Shown: piece by piece, positions 1 to 10,100 of the stretch
How the letters are laid out: each line of letters begins with the position of its first letter
How positions within the stretch are numbered: the first letter of the stretch is position 1
Assembly (NCBI GenBank): GCA_003483925.1
Contig: DMXL01000007.1
Coordinates: 30,504 to 94,503 of the forward strand
DNA: 64,000 nt
From: Candidatus Peribacteria bacterium
Lineage (GTDB): Bacteria > Patescibacteriota > Gracilibacteria > Peribacterales > Peribacteraceae
Reading direction: 5' to 3'
Notes under the pieces: generated by a model
Databases searched by the model: none
What the model was told of the DNA's origin: nothing
What the model saw: the letters and a program-made list of their open reading frames with translations, nothing else
Made by a program: the position numbers and the translations under genes

Positions 1-289
1 ATTGCCGATCGCTGTCCATGTATCCCACGTACTCCTTCGTCGCTCTGTCACACCCGGATCGCACCGCACTGCCATAGCCCTTATTTCCTTCGTGCCGGAC
101 GAGCTTCAAGAACGAATACTCTTTCTGCAGAACACAGAGCTTCTCCCACGTGGCATCTCTGGATCCGTCATCCACTGCGACGATTTCGCCGTCGATCCCG
201 CGTCGCGCAAACCATGCGACGATATCTTTCACCGTATCGGAAATATTCTCCTCCTCGTTGAAACACGGAATGGCAATGGAAAGTTGCAT
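1..289 (-). CDS. Glycosyltransferase family 2 (polyprenyl-phosphate sugar synthase-like), 5' part only; gene continues past the left edge
   Basis: My own minus-strand translation from the ATG at 287-289 reads MQLSIAIPCFNEEENISDTVKDIVAWF..IVAVDDGSRDATW..HEGNKGYGSAVRSG..GYMDSDRQ. It carries the GT2 motifs IPCxNEE, DDGSxD and DxD. It is absent from the ORF track because the window edge truncates it. Confidence 0.8.
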   Translation of the reverse strand, partial: MQLSIAIPCFNEEENISDTVKDIVAWFARRGIDGEIVAVDDGSRDATWEKLCVLQKEYSFLKLVRHEGNKGYGSAVRSGCDRATKEYVGYMDSDRQ

Positions 290-337
290 ACGCAGCCACT
301 CTAACCATTTTACGAGGATATCGCTACCCGGGATGCT

Positions 338-2191
338 TCACGACCAAAGCCGCCGTACCCATCGCAGAGGAGCCAATCCCCATCGCACCACTCTCCACGG
401 GAGCATCTCCGTGGCGCCTTCGGTCATGGATGGGAAATTCTTGAGCGACAACACCATCGCAATGAATGTGAAAAGGTGTCCCGTGGCAATCGCCTCATTC
501 GCCCCGGAAAATTCGATGAAGAATCCGTCATCGAGTGCCGAGACGGTGACGGGGTGAATGATATTGCCAAGGAATAGGACCGAAGCAGAAATATACAAGA
601 TCCTTCCCACGCGCCCCTCGAATGCAAGCGGGAGCAACAGCGCCATCGCCGGGAAAAGATACCGCTCATGCATTTCCGTGAGGAACAGGAAGAATGCATA
701 CGCGATGAGGCCTGCCGCAATCAGCGCGGCGTGAGTCTTCCCCGCATGCGGGTGCACGGATGCCACAAGAGCACGCCGCATGGACCAGAGAACCCACGCA
801 CTCGCGAGCGCGAAGAGCACGATCCCAAGTGTTCGATACGTACAGATATTCAGAAAGAGCCCGGTATCGAGCTTCCCGGCCCCTGAGCCGTAAAGGGCCT
901 GCCAAAAATTGTAGGCGTTCTCGGATAGATGATTCATAAATCCGATCGATCCGCTGTAGACACTCCAGATTTTGCCCAGAGCACCCTCCAGAGCAAACGG
1001 CGACAGCACGACGAGTGCCGTTGCTGCCGCGCCGATCGCCCACTTGCCCCTCTGCCTCCATCCGACGCACAGCCACAGCACACCCATAACCGGCAGCAAT
1101 GCGAGCCCCTGCATTTTCGTGAGCAGCGTCGCCGCCGAGAGCGCCCCCGCCAACACCCAGTATCCCGAGAGTGCGGAGGTGAGTGCGGAGACCATGAAGA
1201 AGGTGTACCACGCATCCGTCTGTCCCCAGATGACCGCATCGTGAACCACTGCAGGATGGAGAACGTAGACCAAGGCCGCGAAACGCGCCGCTCTCTCGCC
1301 TTTCCAACGATAGATGACGAAAGCGAGCAAGAGCGCCGTGGCAAGATCGAAGAGGATACTCGGTAATTTCACGAAGAACCGATGCGCAGGATGAAACACT
1401 TCGAAAGAAGGAGACACCAACCAACGATAGAGGTGCCCTTCTGCCGCAAAAATGTAGATGGAGAGCGGAGGATAATTCGGCAGCATGTTCTTCTCGACCT
1501 GTTCCGAATAGGAACGAATCACGCCCAGCTGCGTGGCGCTCTGCGACCACTGCTGGTTCAGAACCATATCGTATTCGTAGCCATGTTGACCGACGAAAAG
1601 CAGCCGGATGGCAAGGCCGACGACCATGATGAGGGTCATCCATTGCGTGTGCGAACCCCATTTGCGCCATCGCATATACTCCCGGACATACCAGAGAACC
1701 AGCAGAGAGAGACATGCGAAGACCGCCAAATGGATGGGGTCCGTCCATCCGACGGAAATGAAGAAGTGATCCCAACTGCCGCCGCTCTTGATGACGGCGT
1801 GAATGGAATTGGATCCCGCGCGAAGGTACTTCGCCAAATTGAGCCGCTGTTTATAGGTGTGCGTCCCGCTGCAGATATCTGAGATCTGGCCCGATACCGG
1901 AATGCCGTTGATCAGCAATTCCTTCAGACAGTCATCCGGTTCAATCGAATAAATGAATGAGTGAAAATCACCAAGCATGAATGCGGTATCAACGGTCAGA
2001 TCCCCCACATCCGGACGGACAAGCAGGGGCATGGACGCCACCTGCGTCTGTCCGGTTCCGTATCGATAGTACGTACTGCGGAAGGAAGGAGACGTGCGAA
2101 CGTGCACCACCAATACAACGACGACGAGGCCGATAAAGATGAACGTATTCTCGAGAAAATTTCGCGTGTCCGGCCGGAACATGGACTTCAT
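338..2191 (-). CDS. Polytopic membrane protein, GT-C-fold glycosyltransferase-like (putative mannosyltransferase)
   Basis: 617-aa ORF with an N-terminal TM (FIFIGLVVVVLVV) and an extracytoplasmic domain of about 130 aa. Many hydrophobic helices follow, with loop motifs NYPPLSIY and WGQTDAWY reminiscent of lipid-linked-sugar transferases. The family cannot be assigned by eye. Confidence 0.55.
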   Translation of the reverse strand: MKSMFRPDTRNFLENTFIFIGLVVVVLVVHVRTSPSFRSTYYRYGTGQTQVASMPLLVRPDVGDLTVDTAFMLGDFHSFIYSIEPDDCLKELLINGIPVSGQISDICSGTHTYKQRLNLAKYLRAGSNSIHAVIKSGGSWDHFFISVGWTDPIHLAVFACLSLLVLWYVREYMRWRKWGSHTQWMTLIMVVGLAIRLLFVGQHGYEYDMVLNQQWSQSATQLGVIRSYSEQVEKNMLPNYPPLSIYIFAAEGHLYRWLVSPSFEVFHPAHRFFVKLPSILFDLATALLLAFVIYRWKGERAARFAALVYVLHPAVVHDAVIWGQTDAWYTFFMVSALTSALSGYWVLAGALSAATLLTKMQGLALLPVMGVLWLCVGWRQRGKWAIGAAATALVVLSPFALEGALGKIWSVYSGSIGFMNHLSENAYNFWQALYGSGAGKLDTGLFLNICTYRTLGIVLFALASAWVLWSMRRALVASVHPHAGKTHAALIAAGLIAYAFFLFLTEMHERYLFPAMALLLPLAFEGRVGRILYISASVLFLGNIIHPVTVSALDDGFFIEFSGANEAIATGHLFTFIAMVLSLKNFPSMTEGATEMLPWRVVRWGLAPLRWVRRLWS

Positions 2192-2252
2192 TCTACCGAG
2201 AAAGAACTTTCGAATCGAGACAAGCCGGCGGCAGTTTGTCTGAAATCAACTC

Positions 2253-3638
2253 TCAGTGCGCAACGGCAGGTCTTCTGGCCCTCAGTATGTACAGCATGCG
2301 CCGTACGCGAGAGGAGAGCGGAGGATAGAGTTGTACAGCAATGAGGAAAGCGATCACGATCGGAATTCCGGCCATCGGCCGGTGGTAGCGGCCGTCGTAT
2401 GTCGCCAGCACGTTGCCGATGGCCGGCACGATCCAGAGAGACAGCCCGGCCCAGGCAAGGAATGCTGTTTTCGCATACACGAGCCCTCCGATAAGAACCG
2501 CCGCAACGATCCAAAATACCGCCTGCATGATTCCCCCGAACAAGGGAGAAACATCGGGGAATGGAGCCGCCAACACGATGCCCTCCCAGAAATGTCGCAG
2601 AAGCTCCGTGGGAACGGTGAGATAGTACTGATTGCTGGCGGCATCCAGGTCCTCGCTCAACTGGCGAAGATTCTGACCGGAATACTGCGCATGCATAAAG
2701 TCACTCCACGATCCGAACCGGATATCCCCCTCACATACACGAGGAGGCGTGTTCCGGAAGAGCTGGTGATCGCATGCATACGTCAGATTGGCGTTTCCTG
2801 TCCTCCATAGAGCATGCAAACCCGTTCCGCTGACAGGCGAGAGCGAGCCCCACCCGATCCAGTGCACCGCCGAAAGACTGAGGGGGAGCAAAATGATGAG
2901 CGCAATCACCATGCATGCTTTCTTCAGCTCATGCCGCCACAAGTTGATCCACACGAATGCCAGCAGGATCAGGCCGCCGTAGAACATCCACTGAGCCTTG
3001 AACTGAACAATCATCAACGAGAAGAGAAACGTGCCGATGAGGAGAGAGGTCTCCCCCTTCCTGCCGCTCCACAACAACATGCTGAAGTACAAAAGGAAGA
3101 AGAGCCGAAGAAACGGCTCGGGTAAGAGCTTGTTTGTGAGTTGCCACTGGGGGAAGACGAAACAGAGCACGCTCAGCGATATCACTGCCACAATCGGGCC
3201 ATATCTCTTGTACATCGCAGCGAAAAACAACAGATAGGACGCACCGAGCGCGATCTTCATGAGAAGCGGCAGAAGGATATCCACAGAGGAACCGCTGAAG
3301 AACTTCAGTGCCAGGTACGCCGTTCCCACGCCGATATCCCGAAAGGGAACGGCGGTGAGGTACTCTCCCCACCGACCGGCAAACTCCTCTCCATAGGTTT
3401 GAAAATCATGCCGTACCCCGAAGAAATGCTCCGCAAGATACCGATAGTCCGCATCATCCCAATGATGTACCTGCCACTCCTGAGGCGGGGAAAACACGCT
3501 GCCATGCGTCGATACGTACCATCCGAACGACAGAAGGATGATGCCGACTGCACACAGGAACACGACTGCCTGCGAGGTGCGCGAAATGCCTTTCACCGAT
3601 GAGAGTCTGCGTACATCGTGTTGTCTGTGCAAGCCCAT
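2253..3638 (-). CDS. Polytopic membrane protein, unknown function (glycan-assembly context)
   Basis: The ORF track gives 2253..3872. I prefer the ATG at 3636-3638 (MGLHRQHDVRRL..AVVFLCAVGIILL) because the longer N-terminus is low-complexity and overlaps the divergent neighbour. The protein has multiple TM helices. Confidence 0.5.
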   Translation of the reverse strand: MGLHRQHDVRRLSSVKGISRTSQAVVFLCAVGIILLSFGWYVSTHGSVFSPPQEWQVHHWDDADYRYLAEHFFGVRHDFQTYGEEFAGRWGEYLTAVPFRDIGVGTAYLALKFFSGSSVDILLPLLMKIALGASYLLFFAAMYKRYGPIVAVISLSVLCFVFPQWQLTNKLLPEPFLRLFFLLYFSMLLWSGRKGETSLLIGTFLFSLMIVQFKAQWMFYGGLILLAFVWINLWRHELKKACMVIALIILLPLSLSAVHWIGWGSLSPVSGTGLHALWRTGNANLTYACDHQLFRNTPPRVCEGDIRFGSWSDFMHAQYSGQNLRQLSEDLDAASNQYYLTVPTELLRHFWEGIVLAAPFPDVSPLFGGIMQAVFWIVAAVLIGGLVYAKTAFLAWAGLSLWIVPAIGNVLATYDGRYHRPMAGIPIVIAFLIAVQLYPPLSSRVRRMLYILRARRPAVAH

Positions 3639-3659
3639 TCCTCTATCCTTCGGCCCGTC

Positions 3660-5084
3660 ATGGACATTTTCCTGCGGCGAGGAACACTGTGGCTGCGACA
3701 CAAATGGGATCTGGTGCTCGTCGTCGGTCTTGCTGTACTCATCTTCGCGCTGCAGGTGTGGTACCTCCGCCTCGCCGCGGCCCCCTATACCGATGAGAGT
3801 ATCTATGCGCAGGCCGGAAGGATGATGTTCCTGCAAGGATATGTGCCCTACAAGGATTTTGCCTTGCCCCACCCTCCGCTCCTCGCGCTCTTCTCAGGAG
3901 TAGGCTTCTGGATCTTCCACTCCATGTTCCCTGCCCGGGTGGTCTATCTGTTCCTGAACTGCGCAAGTCTCCTACCGCTCTATCTCCTGCTGAAACACCT
4001 CAGCAAACAGCGTGTCGCGGCCCTTGCAGCAGTCCTCTTCTACGCCACATACAGCGACATGGTGCACCACGACTGGAGATTCCTCGCGCTCCGGCAACTC
4101 TCCAACGTGTTCCTCATCATGTTTCTCTACTTCGGCATTGTCCAACCGACCAAGAAGAGCGGTTTTTGGTGGCAATTGGCCTTCGCTCTCGGGAGCGTCC
4201 TCACCTTCCTGCAAACTGCGTTCAACCTCGCCGTCGTCTCCCTCGCCCTGATCTTCTCCCGGCCCAACGGCGAGCGCCGATCCGCATTCTTCCGATACGC
4301 GAAAATCGGCGGCGGCGCGCTCATGGCACTTCTCCTCCTCTTCCTCCTGATCCCCCAAAGTCTCGACATGCTCATCCTCACTCATCTCGGTGAACGATTG
4401 GGGAACGGCGTCGGCAGGATCGATCGCATGCTGAACGCGGCACGTGTCCTGGACGGTTACTTCTACGTCCTCGGTACGGCTTCCCTCCTGGCCGGTCTCC
4501 TCTTTCTCAAGAACCTGCGATGGTATCTCCTCGCGATGCTGGCAATGATCATCGGGGTCTCCATCCCCCGCGAATTCTGGACGCATTACTACGTCATTGC
4601 GGGTCCGGCGTTCGCCTGCGGAATCATGTGTTTTTGCCTCCTGATTCGCAGGTTTCTCACGAACCGGCTGCTCTGGGTGGGCTACGTGCTCGTCGGTATG
4701 GCCGTCGCTTATCAGCTCTGGCTGAATGTTCCGGGCCTCTGGAGTGAGTGGATGCACAATGTCAATCCTCAGTACTACGAGCTCGCGGCTCGCGTCTCGA
4801 CTTCGGCAAATCCCATTCTCACCTTCACGCAACCCATTTACGCAGTCGATGCCGACAGAGACATCGCGTACTACTACTACGCGACGGAGGCCCGCGTGCT
4901 TCCTTCGCTCTCCGCCGATGAGTTCTCCTCGCTGGCCTCGCAGGCCTGCCTCATCCTCCTCTCGGGACGAGACCTGGGATTCGTCCCGCAGGATATCCAG
5001 GATACCTGGGCGCGGATCTATACATCCGTGCCCTGGAACGGAGAGGAAAAGATCTTCGTGACACACAATCCCCAATGCCAATGA
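3660..5084 (+). CDS. GT-C membrane glycosyltransferase, ArnT/PMT_2-like
   Basis: The ORF track gives 3618..5084 with a GTG start. I prefer the ATG at 3660 (MDIFLRRGTLWLRHKWDLVLVVGL). The first-loop motif DESIYAQAG..PYKDFALPHPPL resembles ArnT/PMT-type enzymes, and the protein has many TM helices. Confidence 0.65.
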   Translation: MDIFLRRGTLWLRHKWDLVLVVGLAVLIFALQVWYLRLAAAPYTDESIYAQAGRMMFLQGYVPYKDFALPHPPLLALFSGVGFWIFHSMFPARVVYLFLNCASLLPLYLLLKHLSKQRVAALAAVLFYATYSDMVHHDWRFLALRQLSNVFLIMFLYFGIVQPTKKSGFWWQLAFALGSVLTFLQTAFNLAVVSLALIFSRPNGERRSAFFRYAKIGGGALMALLLLFLLIPQSLDMLILTHLGERLGNGVGRIDRMLNAARVLDGYFYVLGTASLLAGLLFLKNLRWYLLAMLAMIIGVSIPREFWTHYYVIAGPAFACGIMCFCLLIRRFLTNRLLWVGYVLVGMAVAYQLWLNVPGLWSEWMHNVNPQYYELAARVSTSANPILTFTQPIYAVDADRDIAYYYYATEARVLPSLSADEFSSLASQACLILLSGRDLGFVPQDIQDTWARIYTSVPWNGEEKIFVTHNPQCQ

Positions 5085-6430
5085 GCGTCTCCGACATCCT
5101 CCCGCTCCTCCCCTCTCTCCTCCTCGCCTCCGTGATGGTCATGGCGGGGGTGATGCTGCTCCAGCAGTTTGTGACGCGTGCAGAAGTGCGCATGCAGACA
5201 GCCGTGTTCCTCGGGGGCAGCATGCTGCGGATCCTCTACGCACTCTCCACGCCGGCAACTCTCCGCTCGTATGACGTAAGGGGTCACCTGGAATTCATCC
5301 AGCTCATGGCGGAGCGCCTGCAGATCCCCCTCTCCACCGCGGGATGGGAGTACTCCCAGGCTCCCCTCTACTACGCCATCACGGGCCTGTGGTGGCGGAT
5401 GATGAGTGCACTGGGGAGGCCGCCATCACTCATTCTTCTCGATCTGCAAACTTTCAGCCTGCTGCTCTCCATCGCCACGCTCCTGCTCTGCTTCTGGATC
5501 GGATACGCCCTCTTCACCCGTTCCGCTGAACGCACCGAGCGGCTGCTCTTCACTGCCACCTGCGCTTCGTTCCCCGGACTCGTGTTCATCTCTTCGCGCA
5601 TCTCCAATGATGCACTGTTAAGCTTCTTCCTCTTCCTCTCATTCGCCCTGATGTTGCATTGGTGGCGGAGCGGCAAGACGACAGATTGGCTTTTCCTCTG
5701 TGCGTGCTGCGCGGCGGCATTCCTCTCCAAATTCACCGCTCTGCTGCTCCTTCCGTGCATCGCTCTCCTCTGGATTATCCGCACGAGGAATTCGCCGTTT
5801 GTTTGCGTGAAATACGGACTGCTCGGGCTCCTCATTATCGGCCTCCTCGCCGGATGGTTCCCCGTTGTGAAATTCCTCGAACCACGCCTGAGGATGATGC
5901 CCTTCGGCCCGACGGGGCTCAACCCGAGACTCCTCGTGGGAAATCACCTTTCCGACTATCTGATCTTCAATCCGTTTGCCGTGATCGCCATCCCCTTCAA
6001 TCAAACGTGGATCCCCGCCTTCCGACGGGAGATCTTCTGGGAATTTCTCTTCAAGTCCCTCTTCTTCGGGGAATTTCTCTTCCTGCGTCTTATCCGTCTG
6101 TCGTCGCTCATGCTCCTCCTCGCCCTTCCCCTACTCCCCGTCGGGATCAGAGGCCTCTGGCAGTCCGTCCGACGAAACCTGAGAGAAACACTGCCCGTGA
6201 GTCTCGTCTTCTTCTCCCTCCTCTTCGGGCTCGTGGCCTACCGCGTCCTGCAGCCGTATGCCTGTTCGCAGGATTTTCGTTTCGTTCCGCTCTTGCTCGT
6301 ACCAATGCTCTTCTTCGTGTTGCGAGGGATTTCCGCTCCCCCGCGCTGGTTGCGCTACGGCTTCTTCCCGCTCCTCACGCTCGATGTCCTCTGCGTGATC
6401 TTCCTCCTGCTGCTTCCAAGATTCGGATGA
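5075..6430 (+). CDS. GT-C membrane glycosyltransferase, ArnT/PMT_2-like
   Basis: 451-aa multi-TM ORF overlapping the previous gene by 10 nt. It carries YDVRGHLEFIQ..GWEYSQAPLYYAI loop motifs of the same type as 3660..5084. Confidence 0.6.
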   Translation: MPMSVSDILPLLPSLLLASVMVMAGVMLLQQFVTRAEVRMQTAVFLGGSMLRILYALSTPATLRSYDVRGHLEFIQLMAERLQIPLSTAGWEYSQAPLYYAITGLWWRMMSALGRPPSLILLDLQTFSLLLSIATLLLCFWIGYALFTRSAERTERLLFTATCASFPGLVFISSRISNDALLSFFLFLSFALMLHWWRSGKTTDWLFLCACCAAAFLSKFTALLLLPCIALLWIIRTRNSPFVCVKYGLLGLLIIGLLAGWFPVVKFLEPRLRMMPFGPTGLNPRLLVGNHLSDYLIFNPFAVIAIPFNQTWIPAFRREIFWEFLFKSLFFGEFLFLRLIRLSSLMLLLALPLLPVGIRGLWQSVRRNLRETLPVSLVFFSLLFGLVAYRVLQPYACSQDFRFVPLLLVPMLFFVLRGISAPPRWLRYGFFPLLTLDVLCVIFLLLLPRFG

Positions 6431-6432
6431 CC

Positions 6433-6459
6433 AAAAAAAGGGGCCGCGAGGCCCCTTTT
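6433..6459. terminator. Bidirectional rho-independent terminator between convergent genes
   Basis: aaaaaaa-GGGGCC-gcga-GGCCCC-tttt. The GC stem has an A-run on one side and a T-run on the other. Confidence 0.7.
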
Positions 6460-6481
6460 CAATTATCCTATCAAGTCCCGA

Positions 6482-6928
6482 TCATTTCTGCCCCGGCACG
6501 CTCGACTGTGCCCCGGGCTTGACCGGTTGGATCTGGACCGGAACGACATCGAGGATGATGTTCTTCTTCTCATTGTAGAGAATGGCACGATCCGGAGTGA
6601 CGACGAGGAAATCCCCGTTTTCCGCCTTGTTGTAGAAGGGGTTGCGCTGCCTCAGCGCGGCGACATCGACGATTGTCGCAACGGTCGGCGTGACCTCTTC
6701 ATTGATCTTCATAAGCTTCTTCACTTTGTTGATGACACGCTGTGCTTCCGCGCGATTTTCGCTGCTGCCTCCCGTTTGGAGCTGTTCCAAACGCATGGTG
6801 AGCTGCTGGAGCTGCTGCTCCGCGACACGCCGCTTCACTTCAAGCGTTCCCGCCAGCGCCACGAGAGCGATGACAAGGATAATGAGGAGCATCCTGCCGA
6901 GAGAAGCTGTGGAACCGGGAGTATCCAT
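6482..6928 (-). CDS. Single-pass membrane protein with coiled-coil stalk, unknown function
   Basis: The ORF track gives 6482..7009. The ATG at 6926-6928 (MDTPGSTASLGRMLLIILVIALVALAG) gives a TM followed by AEQQLQQLTMRLEQLQ and a small C-terminal domain. Confidence 0.5.
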   Translation of the reverse strand: MDTPGSTASLGRMLLIILVIALVALAGTLEVKRRVAEQQLQQLTMRLEQLQTGGSSENRAEAQRVINKVKKLMKINEEVTPTVATIVDVAALRQRNPFYNKAENGDFLVVTPDRAILYNEKKNIILDVVPVQIQPVKPGAQSSVPGQK

Positions 6929-7021
6929 AGGAGAGAGAGGAAAGGAAACGAGGCGCGACAAACCGCGTTCATCCGGTCTAGGATAGAGAATCAGCCGTTC
7001 ATTGCGCAAGGGGCATTTGAA

Positions 7022-7126
7022 TAGGGTTAGGATCAGGGTTAGGGTTAGGGGTCGATGCTTTACATGCGCTAAGTTGGTGGTTATTTTTCTTCAATACCTA
7101 ATCCTAAATCCTAACCCTAACCCTAC
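7022..7126. repeat. Inverted clusters of telomere-like hexamers: (TTAGGG-like)n, a spacer of about 45 nt, then (CCCTAA-like)n
   Basis: The left arm reads tagggttaggatcagggttagggttagggg and the right arm reads cctaatcctaaatcctaaccctaaccctac. The right arm overlaps the TAG stop (7123-7125) of the giant gene. Confidence 0.8.
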
Positions 7127-10100
7127 GGCACGGATTGCTCGGCAGGAGTGCTTTCAGCGGGAACAACGGGCGGCGGCTCCGCGGAAGGTTCCTGCGGAGG
7201 CGTCTCTTCGGGCGGAGTATCTGCAGCCGATGATGCTTCACTGCTCCCCTGCCCCTCTGCAGATGATGATACCGACGATTGCGCAGCTTCACTGGACGCA
7301 GAACTCACCGCTGAGCTTGCAGCGGAAGATTGCTGCTCGCTGGAAGAGGAAGAACTGGAACTGGACTCAGGAGCTTCGCTGGAAAGAGCGCTTGATTGCT
7401 CGCTGGAAGAGGAAGATGCACTGGAGACCACCGAAGATTCAGACGACGAACTGCTGCCCGTTTCGACCGTGGATCCGCTGCCGGCAGGAGGCTCATCCGG
7501 TGCAACGGTGCTGCCCGTTTCTACGATGGGCTCCGACGGCGGCGGCGTGATGACGATATCCTCCGCTACCACCGGCTGGAAGCCATCCGGCAGGATGAGA
7601 CGCGGGTTGCGCTCCGCGTTCCAGTTAAACTCCATCAGGAGATCCGGATGCGTCCAGACATAGTCCTGATGGTAACGGCTGCAGTTGAACGGCCTACCGT
7701 CACTGTCGAGCGGAACCTGGCCGCGGATGCAGCCGTTCCAGATGGCGCTCGAACTGACCGGAACGCCGAGGCTGTCCACCGGGAATGGCAAGAGCTGCGG
7801 CTCGGGTTGCGAACCCATGCCTTCGGCGGTCTTCGGCGCATTCGTTGCGAGTGCCAACCATGAGAAGAGAATAGGCTGTCGCGCAGGTTCCGCGAGACGG
7901 ATGGAGAAGCCTGTGGAGGTCGCCGTCGTCACGCCGTAGAGGACGGGTGTGTCCGCCGACGCACTCACGACAGGAGTCGCGTAGAACGGACGGGAGAACT
8001 CCACTGTGACGGCTGTTCCGGTTTTCGGGATGAACGCATATCCCGCCTGGTTGCTGCTTACCCGCAGCTCACCCTGTACATCGACCGTTCCGAGGAACTT
8101 CGCAAGACCGCTGATGGTGACGTTTCCGAGAACGGTCAGACCTTTGCGCACCATGATGCTCTCGATATCGACGGCAGCGCCCGTGGATGTATCGATCGCT
8201 TCGGGCGAGAAAGTCTTGCCGTTGAGGAGCAGCGTCCCCTCGACGTTCACGGTGCCGCGCAGCGTGGCACCGGATGTCGTCGATACTGCCGCGGCGTGGA
8301 TGGTCCCGTCGACGTACAGATTCGTGACACGCATCGCTCCGCGGACAGTGAGATCGGAGCGGAAGAACGCCGGACCGGAGACAGTGAACTGATTGGCAAC
8401 CGTCAGAGAGCCGGTCACCGTGAGCGACTGCCGCGTGACGGCATCCGTAACGGCGGAGACGAGCTCCTGTTTGGACGGCACCACCGGCGCCTTGAGCAGA
8501 GTGGAGCCGGTGTAGGCCAGCAGCAGATTCACGAGGCGGGCGGGGTCCAGACGATCGACGGCCCCCGTGACGAGAAGCTGCACTTCATCTTCGATCTTGA
8601 GCTCCGCAACGGCGGTCGCCACGTGCTGCTCCACGGCCTCGACCGTCAGCGAGGAATTCCTGCGGGAAATGAGCACACTCACCGATCCTTGTCCTGCGGA
8701 GAGCGGTTCGAGCGCCACGCCGACGGTCGGCTCCCCGGCCTGCGCCCTGCGCGCGTATCCCGGAATGGATGCGGGTGTGAGAGCATCTCCCGTCCGGATG
8801 GCCAGTCCCTTTTCGACGATCACCTTGGCCGGGATCTGTCCGATGAGACCAACGAGAACGGTGCCCGGCACGGGGATGCCATCGGCACCCGTGATGGTGT
8901 TCCCCACGAAGGCCGGACGGGTGGAGACGATACCGACGACGTTCGGATCGGCGGCATCAGGACATCGGATGACGGCATTCTTGCGATCAAGGTCGATGCA
9001 GACGAGCTCCCCCGGCTTGAGATCCTCCTGCGAAGTGAAGAACCATTCCGCGTAGTCTGCGCCGGTGGATGCGTACGCGTTGTCCGAGTAGACATGACCG
9101 TCCGCCGTGACGCGGAAGGAGATGTCCTCGTCGCCCACGACATCGGAGATAACCTTGAAGACATTCTGGCTTCCCGTCGTCTCCTCCGTATCGATGATGA
9201 GCGACTCGCGGTTGTCGGCATTCAGCGCCTTCAGGTAGAGCTTGTCGTCCGTGGCGAGGGTGGAGCCGGAGGCGCGGTAGAGATTCGTGTCGAAGGTGCC
9301 CTGGTAGCCGAAGAGGAGATGCGGGGCGGAGCCGCTCTTCGCATTCATGTCGATGACCAGCCCGGGGGCGTTGGTCGCTTCGGAGTCGATGAGCATGCCC
9401 GTGCCGTTGCCGTCCATGTTGAGATAGATGGCGCCGGTGCTCGTCGTCTGAGAGGTGGACACGGAGAGCCTGCGACCCGACATGGTGCCCATGACTTCGA
9501 GAGTGGTCTCGGGGGCGGTCGTGCCGATGCCGACCTTGCCGTCGAGAACGGTGGTCCCGGACACGGAGAGATTGCCCCAGATATCCGCACCTTGATCGAC
9601 CCGCAGACTGGATCCCGACATGTTGCCGCGGATTTTGAAGTTTCCGGTCACTGTTCCGCCGCCATTCAAGTAGGCGAGACCGTCAATCGAAAGCGTGCCC
9701 GTGGCGGCGAGGTTGCCGGTGACGTTTGCATTTCCTGTCACGAGGACACCAGCATTGAGGTAGGAAAGTCCATCGATCGAGAGGGTGCCGGATCCGGCGA
9801 TGTTGCCGGAAGTCACTTGGTTCCCCGTGATAACTGCGCCGCCGTTGAGATAGGAGACACCATCAATCGAAAGAGTGCCGGTGCCGGCAATATTCCCGGA
9901 GGTGTTCAGATTTCCCGTGATCACGGTGTTGTTATTCAGATAGATCAATCCGTCGACAGAAAGAGCGCCGGACGAAGTGAGACGATCCTGGGCATGGACG
10001 AGACGGCCGGAAGCCGTGCCCATGATCTCGAGAGAGGAGCCTGTGATGGTCGAAGTGAGTGTGAAGACGGATCCTGCGAGGGTGAGACCCTGGCCGGCGG

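Noticed and set aside
7022-7126. TTAGGG repeats as true telomeres or a linear-replicon end
   Set aside because: The repeats are short (3-5 units) and internal to the contig. They are paired with their complement as inverted clusters between ordinary genes at several loci. They behave like REP or terminator elements, not chromosome ends.
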